DNA from: a virus
Reading direction: 5' to 3' (one strand)
Virus record (IMG/VR): IMGVR_UViG_3300005844_000002
Coordinates: 3,963-67,962 of that record
DNA: 64,000 nt
The translations under genes and the position numbers were made by a program. Shown here in pieces: positions 33,193 to 43,240 of this stretch. The notes beneath the pieces are model-generated. The model searched no databases. It worked only from the letters and a program-made list of their open reading frames with translations, and was not told where the DNA came from. How positions within the stretch are numbered: the first letter of the stretch is position 1; each line of letters opens with the position of its first letter.

Positions 33193-35297
33193 GTCAAACA
33201 TCGTCATCAAATGATACGCCAGCGATTTCACTACGAAAGATAGTCGATAACACTTCAACTGGGGGAGGAGGCGGAGGTGGAGGAGGGAACGGCGTCTGGG
33301 GCCAAATCACAGGAACGTTGGCCAATCAGACGGATCTCCAGAACGCCTTGAACGCCAAGGCGAATGTCGGAAGTTTGGGCATGTTCGGTACGCTTTCGAC
33401 AGTTAATTCGGAGATGGCAACTCCGTTTGTTCAACATCCGTGTCCAGCCGTAGGAACTAGTGTAACTCTTGCTACATTTACTGGCGCTGGGATAGTTGAC
33501 ATGATATGGATTACGCTAGGCACAAATAGCGATGGTACGCTTATGTGGGATGGAAGACTTCAAGTATTCACGGATGGGGCCGCACTGCCCGATATAGATA
33601 CCGATCTGGGCACACTATTTTTAACGGCCCTGGATGGTCATTTGGGATCAGCTAGGTGTGCCGCAACTCAGCACATTTCCTATGGAACCATGGGAGGCTC
33701 TGGAACAGGTATGAGTGGCGGGCTTAAATTTCCTATTCCATATAGCAATGGCATTGTCATAAAGCTTCTGGCTCCTACAGGGAGTACGAGCCACCCAGAT
33801 TCAGACTATACCCTATTCACTCAGATTTCAAACAAACCTGGGGTAGTTAGCGGATATCGCCTCAGATCAAATGCAGTCTCCTGGATCAATAGAAAGACAT
33901 ACACGAAAGACGATATAATCACATTTTTCAATCTAACCAATGCAGCCGGATGGTTGGTGTGGCAAAGCGTTGCGGTGCTCGGGCTAGCCAGTAGCGGAAA
34001 TACGTACGATTATCTGGAGCGAATTTGGTTTTGGGGAATAGACGGAGAATCAACAAATCCAGATGGGAATGGAGTCGTTACAACTAAATTTTCTTCGTCG
34101 GGCGGAGAGGACCTTTTTCTTTACGGTTGGTACTTCGCTAACGCCCAGGGTGTATATGGAACACCGTGGACGCTCTGCACGGCAACCAACAACGCCAATA
34201 AGACCACAGTAGCGGGATTCGATTTTTGGGCGTCTTGCGGAGGACTCAAGTTTAGTTCTGCACTTAAGCCTGGATGGTCCCTTAAGCCATCGGCTGTTAT
34301 AAACAATGGCCACGAAATGAGTTGGTGTTTCTTGTACTATATCGACACTTCTGTACCGTTTGCTCCGAGCGCCCCCGCTCTATCGGCCACCCCGGGAAAT
34401 GGGCAGGTTACTCTATTGATTACTCCACCTGTTTCCTATGGATCTCAAAAAATCACGAGCTATTCAGGCACCTATTCTCCCGGTGGCGGCACTTTCACTC
34501 CATCAGTAGGAGACACTTCCATATTAATCAGCGGTCTTACTAATGGAGTGGCATATACGTTTTCATTGACGGCTACTAATGCAATAGGCACTAGCTCTCC
34601 CGGTACCGTCGTTTCGACCCCGGTAACAATCGCATTTCCAACTATAACTACCGGAACACTCATCGCCCGCTACGTCGCCAACGATATTACAGGAATTGCG
34701 GAAGGCGATCCGGTACCCTTGTGGTCGCCAAGTGCCGGAACAAGCGCTATCACTTTGGGAGAAACATTCTCAGGTAGTGGACCAAATTTTATAAGCAATG
34801 GAATAAACGGTCAAGCGATTGTGCGCTTCAATTCTAGCACCTTTAGGAGACTTGCGGCGAGCGCGAGTTTCAATCTTGCCGCTCCCGTAGTTGAGATCTT
34901 CGTTTTCAAACCGTCACAGGTTTCATCAAGTAATCAAATTTTCGATACGAATCCAGGGGGAGCCCACGGACGTTCGGCTGGCGGTATCAATGGTTCTGGC
35001 CAGTGGAACACGTATGCGGGCGGTGCTGATGCGGTATCGGCTGTTACTCCGACAATCGCTCCTCACGTTGTGGTAATGTGCCAAAACGGAGCTAACTGCT
35101 ATCTGTCGATTGATGGAGTAAAAAGCAGTTTGCAAAATAGCGGAAGCGGGGGCTTTGACTTGCCTCAGGTAGGGTCTACCGCTGCACTCGATGGAGACAT
35201 TGCTGAGTTCATTGTAATTTCTGGCAATATTTCAGATTCAGATCGCCGTTTAATCGAAGCTTACGAAAGTACCGTCTACAACATACCAGTAACGTAA
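33189..35297 (+). CDS. Fibre/spike protein: DUF2961 (GH172-like) + FN3 + LamG-like
   Basis: WGQITGTLANQTDLQNAL anchor; GAGIVDMIWIT, FPIPYSNG, IDGE...GGEDLFLYGWYF; FN3 GLTNGVAYTFSLTATNAIG; LDGDIAEFIV. Confidence 0.75.
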   Translation: MSQTSSSNDTPAISLRKIVDNTSTGGGGGGGGGNGVWGQITGTLANQTDLQNALNAKANVGSLGMFGTLSTVNSEMATPFVQHPCPAVGTSVTLATFTGAGIVDMIWITLGTNSDGTLMWDGRLQVFTDGAALPDIDTDLGTLFLTALDGHLGSARCAATQHISYGTMGGSGTGMSGGLKFPIPYSNGIVIKLLAPTGSTSHPDSDYTLFTQISNKPGVVSGYRLRSNAVSWINRKTYTKDDIITFFNLTNAAGWLVWQSVAVLGLASSGNTYDYLERIWFWGIDGESTNPDGNGVVTTKFSSSGGEDLFLYGWYFANAQGVYGTPWTLCTATNNANKTTVAGFDFWASCGGLKFSSALKPGWSLKPSAVINNGHEMSWCFLYYIDTSVPFAPSAPALSATPGNGQVTLLITPPVSYGSQKITSYSGTYSPGGGTFTPSVGDTSILISGLTNGVAYTFSLTATNAIGTSSPGTVVSTPVTIAFPTITTGTLIARYVANDITGIAEGDPVPLWSPSAGTSAITLGETFSGSGPNFISNGINGQAIVRFNSSTFRRLAASASFNLAAPVVEIFVFKPSQVSSSNQIFDTNPGGAHGRSAGGINGSGQWNTYAGGADAVSAVTPTIAPHVVVMCQNGANCYLSIDGVKSSLQNSGSGGFDLPQVGSTAALDGDIAEFIVISGNISDSDRRLIEAYESTVYNIPVT

Positions 35298-37558
35298 TGG
35301 CTCAGCCTATTCAAATCGGGGTTCCCATGACTTCGTGGGACGTGGGGGACATGCTAGCTGGATCGTCTCAAGGCCGGGCGGTGCGAGTGCCTGGAAGTAT
35401 AAGCCCTGAATTGATGGTCTTTGCCCAGAAAGGAGATGGGAAAAAGTCATCGGTTCCATTTTGGACTAGCGTCGGCTCAATCATCCCTGGGTTGGCCGCG
35501 ATTGCAACGAGCGGAAGTGCTAACGATCTCATTGCGGGCACGATCCCGCCGCTTAGGTTCCCGGCATTAACCGGAGACGTTACTACGCCTCGCGGTTCGC
35601 TCGCTACTACAATTAGCCAGAATGCGGTGAGTAACGGCAAGCTGGCGAAAATGCCGCCAATGACTCTGAAGGGCAACAATACTATCTTAGCTGCTGACCC
35701 CAAGGACCTGACTGTAGCCGAAGTTAACGCGATGGGAATTGGTGGAGGCGGCGGTGGATCAGGTACCGTGACGAGCGTTGGGCTAAGCATGCCTGCAATC
35801 TTTAGCGTGGCCGGTTCGCCAGTGACCGCCGCAGGTACGTTCACCGTAACGCTAGCGACAGAAGCCGCTAATACGGTATGGGCGGGGCCAGGTACAGGCG
35901 CACCAGCAACGCCTACGTTTCGCGGCTTAGTCATAGCTGACATTCCGAGCCTTGCTACGCTTTACCAGCCAATAGACGCTACGCTTACAGCACTCTCCGC
36001 TTTAGCTGACGCGGTTGGATTCCTGCATAATGACGGAGCTGGTATGCTGGCTTGGTCTACTGCGGTTGTGCCTGGTTCAATAACAACGTCCGGGCTAACT
36101 CAGTCAACCGCTAGAATCCTTGGAAGAACTACCGCAGGAACAGGAGCTATTGAAGAGATCACAGTTGGCTCGGGTCTTACGTTAACGGCTGGCGCGTTGA
36201 CAGCTACCGGAGGAGGAACAGGAGACTTCGTGGGGCCTGCTAGCGCTACGGATAATGCTGTTGTAAGGTTTGATGGAACTACAGGTAAGCTAGGACAAAA
36301 CTCACTATTTATCGTAGACGACAGTGGAAATGTTTCGGATGGTGGTGCACTACCGGCTAATACTGCTTTGTACTTCGAAAGGTCTGGATTTGCTATTGCA
36401 ACATTTAATTCCACCGGACAGGACGCCCGACTAAGGCTGCAAAGGGCCGACAACACAAAAAGTGCGTGGCTTGAATTTATCCGCAATGACAACGGAACAG
36501 AATGGTTGATGGGTGCGCCGTGGAATGGAACTACTCCATCTGGCACTGAGTTTACAATTGATTACTGGGATGGTTCAGTTGAACATCCTTTTTTTCTTCT
36601 ATCAACTGCGGGCGCGTTAAAGTTTAACGCCTACACCACAGCCGGTCTACTATCTAACGATGCATCTGGAAATGTAACCACAGCTACCGTAGGAAGTGGG
36701 CTTAGTCTGAGCGCTGGCGTTCTAAGCGCTACCGGTGGAGGCGGGACACCAGCTGGTTCTAATACTCAGATTCAGTTCAATAATTCTGGAGCGTTTGGAG
36801 CTTCAGCTGATCTTACTTGGGGCGGATCCACATCTGGCCTTACTGTTTCTGGAAATCCTCTTGCGGGAACTAATCCAACTTTTAAGATAACTGATTCTAA
36901 TGCAAATGAACCAGTTTGGATGAGAGTTGAGCAGAGCAACATTTCAGCTGCTTTTGAACTTGGGGTTGCCGGCGCCGCTGGTCAATTTTTAACCGATGCT
37001 CACGCTGGAGACGGAATATTTAAAGGATTTGGTGTCGGCGGCCCAGGCATGGCAATTGGAGGCGGACCAATATCCCCAGCCACGAGCTTATATATAAAAT
37101 ACGTGTCTGGCGCTAAGGGTCGCGTAATTGTAGGAGGAGTTACAGACGACGGAACTAACGATCTCCAGGTTTTAGATAATGCATTTATCAAGAACTCACT
37201 GACTATAGGTAACGGATCTGGAGCAGGGCCATTTCTAAAGATTAATAGCAGCACATACACACTACTACAGTATGCTAGGGCTGGGTCATCTAAGTTTTCT
37301 ACTGGCACTGCCAACGCCACCAATGATTTTATAACAGGAACAGTACAAGACGATATTGCGTTCAAGTCCGATGCTTCGAAATCAATTCTTTTTTCTACCG
37401 ACAATGGATCTGGTTTCGCTATGAGGTTGGGTGCAGGAACCGGAGGCGCAATAGAATTTGGACAGCTAACACTTACGACAGGTCTTTCTATTACGACAGC
37501 GACGAAAACTTTCCCGCTTACGATCAACGGAACGGTTGTTAACGTGCTTTGCCAATAA
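35297..37558 (+). CDS. Tail fibre protein
   Basis: Gly/Thr-rich modules GTVTSVGLSMP, GPASATDNAVVRFDGTTGK, GSNTQIQFNNSG. Confidence 0.85.
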   Translation: MAQPIQIGVPMTSWDVGDMLAGSSQGRAVRVPGSISPELMVFAQKGDGKKSSVPFWTSVGSIIPGLAAIATSGSANDLIAGTIPPLRFPALTGDVTTPRGSLATTISQNAVSNGKLAKMPPMTLKGNNTILAADPKDLTVAEVNAMGIGGGGGGSGTVTSVGLSMPAIFSVAGSPVTAAGTFTVTLATEAANTVWAGPGTGAPATPTFRGLVIADIPSLATLYQPIDATLTALSALADAVGFLHNDGAGMLAWSTAVVPGSITTSGLTQSTARILGRTTAGTGAIEEITVGSGLTLTAGALTATGGGTGDFVGPASATDNAVVRFDGTTGKLGQNSLFIVDDSGNVSDGGALPANTALYFERSGFAIATFNSTGQDARLRLQRADNTKSAWLEFIRNDNGTEWLMGAPWNGTTPSGTEFTIDYWDGSVEHPFFLLSTAGALKFNAYTTAGLLSNDASGNVTTATVGSGLSLSAGVLSATGGGGTPAGSNTQIQFNNSGAFGASADLTWGGSTSGLTVSGNPLAGTNPTFKITDSNANEPVWMRVEQSNISAAFELGVAGAAGQFLTDAHAGDGIFKGFGVGGPGMAIGGGPISPATSLYIKYVSGAKGRVIVGGVTDDGTNDLQVLDNAFIKNSLTIGNGSGAGPFLKINSSTYTLLQYARAGSSKFSTGTANATNDFITGTVQDDIAFKSDASKSILFSTDNGSGFAMRLGAGTGGAIEFGQLTLTTGLSITTATKTFPLTINGTVVNVLCQ

Positions 37559-37634
37559 AATTAGACGTTGCCATTTTTTGGATAAGGCGTTCTAATCTTT
37601 TCGTAAAATTGGTAACAAACCTAAAAAATTTCAC

Positions 37635-37853
37635 ATGAAGCGTTTTTCACTTATTGTGGCCGTTTCGGCTATTTTGTTCGGGTTATCGGGTTGCGTCAGT
37701 GGGAATTGGCAGGGACTAGTTCCCGGAAAGGACGTTCACCTAAAGCACTTCAAACAAGAGATCACAACGCCCTGGGGTCATACGTTGATCACAGCAGACT
37801 CATTGGATACTTCGGTTGCTTCGAATGGCACCGTTCCGCCGATTTCAAAATAA
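37635..37853 (+). CDS. Lipoprotein
   Basis: Signal peptide with lipobox LSGC. Confidence 0.75.
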   Translation: MKRFSLIVAVSAILFGLSGCVSGNWQGLVPGKDVHLKHFKQEITTPWGHTLITADSLDTSVASNGTVPPISK

Positions 37854-37877
37854 AAAACACTGGGAGGATGTTTCGTT

Positions 37878-38345
37878 ATGGCTGAAGATCATGAAAGGCT
37901 TTCGACGCATGCATTGAATGTGAAACTTGATGAGTTGGAGAAGCGCCGACAAAAAGAGCGGCACGAAGCGAACAGCAGGATAATGGGAGCAATCCTTAAG
38001 CAGGGAGAGGAAAGCATCAAAGCAGCAGACCGCATCGATAAGATGGAGCTTACTATGGGCAACGTGGCAATGGAGGTGAAAGAATTGCGCGAGTCCATGT
38101 CGCCCTTCGTTGAGTTAGCGCGGGACCTCAAGTTTCGCCTTCTTGGAGATCCATCCATGCAGACCACGGGCCTGGTCAAGGATCACGAGCAGCTAAAACT
38201 GGACATTCAAGCCGAGCTCTCAGAGATCAAGAAAAAGGGGGATCAAACGTTTAAGGAGCAGCGCGCAGCTATTTGGGGCGCGGCTACCACGTTCATCACG
38301 ACAATAGGGCTAATCATTGTAGCATGGATTCAGCTTAAGAAATGA
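37878..38345 (+). CDS. Coiled coil with a C-terminal TM (lysis-associated type)
   Basis: GGAGG SD; heptads; terminal TM helix. Confidence 0.7.
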   Translation: MAEDHERLSTHALNVKLDELEKRRQKERHEANSRIMGAILKQGEESIKAADRIDKMELTMGNVAMEVKELRESMSPFVELARDLKFRLLGDPSMQTTGLVKDHEQLKLDIQAELSEIKKKGDQTFKEQRAAIWGAATTFITTIGLIIVAWIQLKK

Positions 38346-38430
38346 GATCTGGGTTGACGGCCAAGCGCAATCTGTTCGTATCTCGTTAAGATCGGGCTGT
38401 ACTCTGGAAATCGCCAACCAGGTTTAAGAC

Positions 38431-38706
38431 ATGAGTTTTCCGATTCCAACCAACCAAAGTACGTCCGCTGTTTGCGGAGATTTCACGGACCCAACAAATC
38501 CGGATCAAGGCCAGACGTTTCCTTTGCCGGTTAAGCTAACCTGCGAGCGACCAGACGCACCAATAATCGAGTGCTCAGACGATCAGTACGTGACGGAATA
38601 CAACCCAAGCACAGGCGGATTCACCGTAAGTTCTAGGCTTTTTGATGAAGACTGCGGAGTGATTACCGATCAAAGCGGCCAACCTATCACAACTATCATT
38701 ACCTAA
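38431..38706 (+). CDS. Small acidic virion protein
   Basis: ITDQSGQPITT fibre-anchor-like motif. Confidence 0.65.
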   Translation: MSFPIPTNQSTSAVCGDFTDPTNPDQGQTFPLPVKLTCERPDAPIIECSDDQYVTEYNPSTGGFTVSSRLFDEDCGVITDQSGQPITTIIT

Positions 38707-38707
38707 C

Positions 38708-39517
38708 GTGCCGCAATTCGCCTCATACCCCCAGGTAACGATTATCGCGCCGACCGATACGTTTCTCATCAGCCAGCCAGTTGGTGGCGTAAAGCAGATT
38801 GAATTTCAAGATGTCGAGGCAAGCCTTTCGCTTACAGTTATTCCCGGCGTTGTTCCAATTGCTAAGGGTGGAACAGGATCAAGCCTGACTAGTCCGGGCC
38901 AAGACTCGATTGTTTTTTGGGACAATAGCGCGGCAGCAGTTAAGTTTCTTTCGGTTGGCGATGGGCTTCAAATCGTAGGCACAACGCTATCGGCCACGAG
39001 TTCGGGGGGGGGAGGCGGCGGGGGTGCCCCAGTTGGGGCAACGTACATCACTCAGCTTCCCAATGCTGAACTTACAAATGAATTTGCACTTTCAGCTTTG
39101 GCTACTGGATTGCTTAAGAACACAACCGCTACTGGAGTTTTGTCGATTGCTACTGCAGGAAGCGATTATGCGATAGGATCAGGATCGGGAACGGATAACG
39201 CTATCGTTAGGCTAAATGGGACATCTGGAGGAGTTTTCCAAGACAGCAATGTTACGCTTGCGGATAATGGAACTTCGTTCGTGTTCTCTGGAGCAAGCGG
39301 ACTCACAAGCAGTGGTTCCAACCAAAACGTGACACTAACGCCTTCTGGAACTGGCTTTGTTTCGGTAACTACTGGAGTAAAAACTGGAGCTCCTTCTGGT
39401 GCTGCTGGCCTTTGGCGTATGGGTAAAGTAACTGCAGGTGCAGTGACGCTAGATACCACGTCATATGTGGAAATCCTTGTAGACGGAGCTGTTATTAAGT
39501 TGCTGAAAGCTAGCTAA
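38708..39517 (+). CDS. Fibre protein
   Basis: VPIAKGGTG, GATYIT, TDNAIVRLNGTSG modules. Confidence 0.8.
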   Translation: MPQFASYPQVTIIAPTDTFLISQPVGGVKQIEFQDVEASLSLTVIPGVVPIAKGGTGSSLTSPGQDSIVFWDNSAAAVKFLSVGDGLQIVGTTLSATSSGGGGGGGAPVGATYITQLPNAELTNEFALSALATGLLKNTTATGVLSIATAGSDYAIGSGSGTDNAIVRLNGTSGGVFQDSNVTLADNGTSFVFSGASGLTSSGSNQNVTLTPSGTGFVSVTTGVKTGAPSGAAGLWRMGKVTAGAVTLDTTSYVEILVDGAVIKLLKAS

Positions 39518-39522
39518 TTATT

Positions 39523-39933
39523 ATGCCACAATTTGGATCATATCCCATTAGGACATCAATCGATCCAGCCGACACAATCCTGTTTTGGCGAGATGCTGAT
39601 GGCACCGTAAACCAGATCGCCCTTTCCGACCTAATCACGTCGATTCAAAGCAACACAGACGGAGCACAAACGATAACCTATGTAAATGCTGACACTACGC
39701 TTACCCCTGCACTGGGCTATGTCGTGGCAAACACGGGAGCAAATATCACGCTTACTCTTCCTTTAGCTGCCGCGAGTTCTGGCATAACGTTCGGAGTCCT
39801 GAATAAAGGCGTTGGTCACGTAACGGTAGAGCCATCTGGATCAGACACAATCGCTGGCCAATCAAGTATCACTCTAGGGCAATACGAAAGTGCCCGCATG
39901 ACCAGTGATGGCAGCTCACTTTTCTCACAATAA
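39523..39933 (+). CDS. Fibre-type protein; N-terminus paralogous to 38708
   Basis: MPQF.SYP shared start; ITLTLPLAA...GSDTIAG. Confidence 0.75.
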   Translation: MPQFGSYPIRTSIDPADTILFWRDADGTVNQIALSDLITSIQSNTDGAQTITYVNADTTLTPALGYVVANTGANITLTLPLAAASSGITFGVLNKGVGHVTVEPSGSDTIAGQSSITLGQYESARMTSDGSSLFSQ

Positions 39934-39937
39934 TTTT

Positions 39938-40327
39938 ATGGCCAAGAAAGAATCTCCAATGACTTCGCTAGAGATGCCGGGGTTCGGTGTCGCTATTATG
40001 GGTAAAGAGCGCGGCCCAGAATATCCGTGCCTACGCATTCGTTCCAAAGAAGAGATTGAGTTGCCCGAGGGAGACTTCTTCTTTCTGGCGATTGGCCACG
40101 TTAAGCGCAAAGAAGAGATAGAAGAGGATGACGGCTCCATGTGCTATTGCTACGAAGTGGACGTTCACGCTATTCAGCCCATTGAAGAAATAGCTGACGA
40201 GAAGGTAATCGAGAAGCCGGGCGGTAAACTTGAGGACGATTTTGACGCCGCCGCAGACAAAATGATCAATCTTAAGGAAGAGGACAAAGAAGAACTGGAT
40301 TATGACGAGGACGACGAGGATTACTGA
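39938..40327 (+). CDS. Acidic hypothetical protein
   Basis: YPCLRI motif, acidic tail. Confidence 0.65.
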   Translation: MAKKESPMTSLEMPGFGVAIMGKERGPEYPCLRIRSKEEIELPEGDFFFLAIGHVKRKEEIEEDDGSMCYCYEVDVHAIQPIEEIADEKVIEKPGGKLEDDFDAAADKMINLKEEDKEELDYDEDDEDY

Positions 40328-40332
40328 ACACC

Positions 40333-41277
40333 ATGTTTGTAGACGAAATCTATTCTTCGGCTCAAGACACACTTGGTAAATGCGACCAGACTGCTGTGTT
40401 CAGCGCGCTTACCTATGCGGTTAAGGTTATCGCCGACCAGAGCCTACTTGACCCCAGTTTAGGAACGCTCGATTTATGCGTATGCGAAGGTACTGTCACG
40501 CTTCCTGAAGATGTTGGGACGGTGCTAGAGGTTAACTCCTCGGGCCAACCAACTCTTATCCGCAACCAGTTTTTCCAGTACCATCCAGACGGATCTGGAT
40601 CTCAAGCGTGTACACCTTGCCAGTACGCTGATGAGCTGGGTTCGGTTGTAACCTATCGAGATCCATCTGGACCCGTTAAGCTAATCGCTGAGGTGGAAAG
40701 CGCGGCAGACAACGGGAAGATGTTGCGTGTCTATGCCACGTCTAACGGCAAGCCGATCTACACGGCTGGTAAAACCGGCGCACTAGAGGAAGGCTTTCTT
40801 GTTCCTACGATCTTCGGCTATTCGCAGCCAAATCCTCTGGTTGGAACCATCGACAAAATTTACCGAGTAAGAAAAGATCTTACCAATGGCTTTGTTAAGC
40901 TCATAGCAATCAACTCAGACGGTACGCCCCATACCTCGATTGGTTACTATGGGCCTAACGAGACAACTCCTAACTACCGCAGGCTTCGTGTCGCGGCCCA
41001 AAACTGGGTAAGGATCAAGTACAAGAAGAAAGATTTGAAAATCCGCTCATTGAGCGATTTCATAAACATCGACAACGAAGAGGCTCTATTACTTGCTGTG
41101 AAAGCAGTTAAGTTCAGAAAAGACAATCAGTTCGAACAAGGCCGAGTTGCAGAAGGAGAAGCGATCCGTTTGATCAATAACCAAGCTCAGTCAGAGACTC
41201 CAGGCGGCATAAAGCCTCCTCAGATTTTGTACAATGATTGGCCCGTGGAGTGTGGAAACGACAGGCTCATATATTGA
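40333..41277 (+). CDS. Tail adaptor/tubular protein A-like
   Basis: Position and size; VTLPEDV..VL.V, EALLLAV...AIRLI pattern. Confidence 0.55.
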   Translation: MFVDEIYSSAQDTLGKCDQTAVFSALTYAVKVIADQSLLDPSLGTLDLCVCEGTVTLPEDVGTVLEVNSSGQPTLIRNQFFQYHPDGSGSQACTPCQYADELGSVVTYRDPSGPVKLIAEVESAADNGKMLRVYATSNGKPIYTAGKTGALEEGFLVPTIFGYSQPNPLVGTIDKIYRVRKDLTNGFVKLIAINSDGTPHTSIGYYGPNETTPNYRRLRVAAQNWVRIKYKKKDLKIRSLSDFINIDNEEALLLAVKAVKFRKDNQFEQGRVAEGEAIRLINNQAQSETPGGIKPPQILYNDWPVECGNDRLIY

Positions 41278-41281
41278 GTAA

Positions 41282-43240
41282 ATGCCCGACCAACAATTAC
41301 TTGTTGATGGATCTGACTATTTTGCTTTAGGCGCTAATTCATACGTATCGCCTACCAAGATATCGGATAACTGTTTCGTTAGTTCGATGAATACGACTTG
41401 TCGCGGTGGAATCGTCCAAACGCGGCCAGGTACCAAAACGCTGTTCACTTTGCCTCGTGGTAACTTTCAGGGCTTAACTTTCTACAAACCCGCATCAGGC
41501 GTAGGCCATCTAGTTTTTGTGGTTTCTGGGGATGTCTACACCTCGGCTTATCCATTCGAAACATATTCGCTGCTCAAGGGCGTAAAGTTCAGCCTAACGG
41601 CAAGGTTCATTGCGTGGGAGACCTGTCTTAAAACGACTAGTTACGATGCGGCTGGTGTCCTCATTTTTGAGGACAATCCATACTCTGTCCTGCTAATGCA
41701 GGATGGGCTTACCCGAGCCGCCTATTGGGACGGTACGGTAGCGCGGCATCTTAATCCAACCAAGAGTACGCTGCTAGACTCAGATGGAAACGTAGTAACC
41801 CAGATCGGCCTAGACGAAACACCTATGGGCCTTTGGATGAAGTGGAGCAATAACCGGCTTTGGGTAAGTCGCGGCAACCAGATTTTTGCTTCGGACATAG
41901 GAAACCCACTCAAGTTTACAGAGACCCAGTACCTTAATGAAGGCCGCGCCTTCTATCTGCCAGATGAATGCACAGGCATCGTGGAGATTGAGGACAGTAA
42001 CGGCATACCTCAGGGAATCGTTTGCTTCACAGAACGGACGGGTACACTGCTTCTTTCGTCAATCCAGGACAGAACGCAGTGGCTCGCTACGCAGCACTTT
42101 CAGGTTACGATCTTGCCCGAGGTCGGATGCGTGTCAGCGCGGTCTATCGTTAAACAATATGGGCTAGTCTGGTGGATGAGCGCCAAGGGCATGATAAGCA
42201 TGAACAGCGCCACGCAGAGTAACGTGAGCTCTCGAATCGATATCCAGGATAACCAGATGTTTGATTCAAAGTATAACCTTTCCTATGATCTAAGCGGGGT
42301 CTGTGGATGCTTCATCGAAAACTACTTGGTGGAATCCGTACCGAACGGAGACAAATACAATAGGCACACATGGGTTTTAGATCAGGCTCCCTTTGAAGGA
42401 AACCAGAATGCCTGGTGTGGATACTGGGCTGGGTGGAGACCGATTGAGTGGGCGCGGGGCATCATCGGATCAGAAGAGCGTGTTTTCTTTGGATCAGTTG
42501 ACTATGATAACAATCTCAGGGTTTGGGAGGCGTTCCTATCGGATAAGACCGACAATGGCGTGGCAATCACGTCCTTTGTTCAGACTAAGCAACACCTATT
42601 TCAGAATCGGGACTACAAGACTTTCAACTATGCCGAGATCGAAGCTAAAGAGATTGTAGGCGAAACATCGTTCATGGTTGCTGTGGGCGGAAGTAAGGGC
42701 GCGTTTCAGCCGGTCATGACTAAGGAAGTCGTTGCGACGAAGGGCCAGGTTTACTCTGGAGTAAAATACGGTACGTCTGGCAATAAGTTCGCGAGCAGCA
42801 GAAGCCAGATAAGGATCATGAAAACCCAGACGCCAGAGCAGCCTTCGCTCTGCAACGAGGACTGCATTGAGTCCGAGTTCAAAGGAATGGTCGATAAGTC
42901 GTTTGGACTACTTATCGTTTGGTCTGGGATTGCGGGGCTATCGGCCTACCGAATGTTTTCCTATGGCTTCACCACGCCATACCAAGGCACCTGCGAGGAC
43001 AATGAGGTTCAGCCTAACCTGCTTACGCCCGATGGATGCGGATCAAAGAGCTTCTTCGACACGGATAAGCCCATACCAGAATACACTGCTACCTCTACGT
43101 TTTCTCAAGTTAGCACGGTTACCGGACAACAGGTTTCGTACACGGCCACGCGCAAATCATGGACTAGCCAAGATGACGCGATCCGTAACGCTGAAATCGC
43201 GGCACGCAATTACGTATATCAGGAGATCGGACTCTTTTGA
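41282..43240 (+). CDS. Tail nozzle/tubular protein B-like (beta-propeller)
   Basis: TRPG, NRLWV....IFASD, VGCVSARSIV. Confidence 0.7.
   Translation: MPDQQLLVDGSDYFALGANSYVSPTKISDNCFVSSMNTTCRGGIVQTRPGTKTLFTLPRGNFQGLTFYKPASGVGHLVFVVSGDVYTSAYPFETYSLLKGVKFSLTARFIAWETCLKTTSYDAAGVLIFEDNPYSVLLMQDGLTRAAYWDGTVARHLNPTKSTLLDSDGNVVTQIGLDETPMGLWMKWSNNRLWVSRGNQIFASDIGNPLKFTETQYLNEGRAFYLPDECTGIVEIEDSNGIPQGIVCFTERTGTLLLSSIQDRTQWLATQHFQVTILPEVGCVSARSIVKQYGLVWWMSAKGMISMNSATQSNVSSRIDIQDNQMFDSKYNLSYDLSGVCGCFIENYLVESVPNGDKYNRHTWVLDQAPFEGNQNAWCGYWAGWRPIEWARGIIGSEERVFFGSVDYDNNLRVWEAFLSDKTDNGVAITSFVQTKQHLFQNRDYKTFNYAEIEAKEIVGETSFMVAVGGSKGAFQPVMTKEVVATKGQVYSGVKYGTSGNKFASSRSQIRIMKTQTPEQPSLCNEDCIESEFKGMVDKSFGLLIVWSGIAGLSAYRMFSYGFTTPYQGTCEDNEVQPNLLTPDGCGSKSFFDTDKPIPEYTATSTFSQVSTVTGQQVSYTATRKSWTSQDDAIRNAEIAARNYVYQEIGLF

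Noticed and set aside
35368-37527. Long antisense ORFs in the fibre gene
   Set aside because: Shadow frames of Gly/Thr/Ala-rich coding sequence.
37635-38345. Complete lysis cassette
   Set aside because: A lipoprotein and a TM protein are present, but no endolysin motif was recognised.
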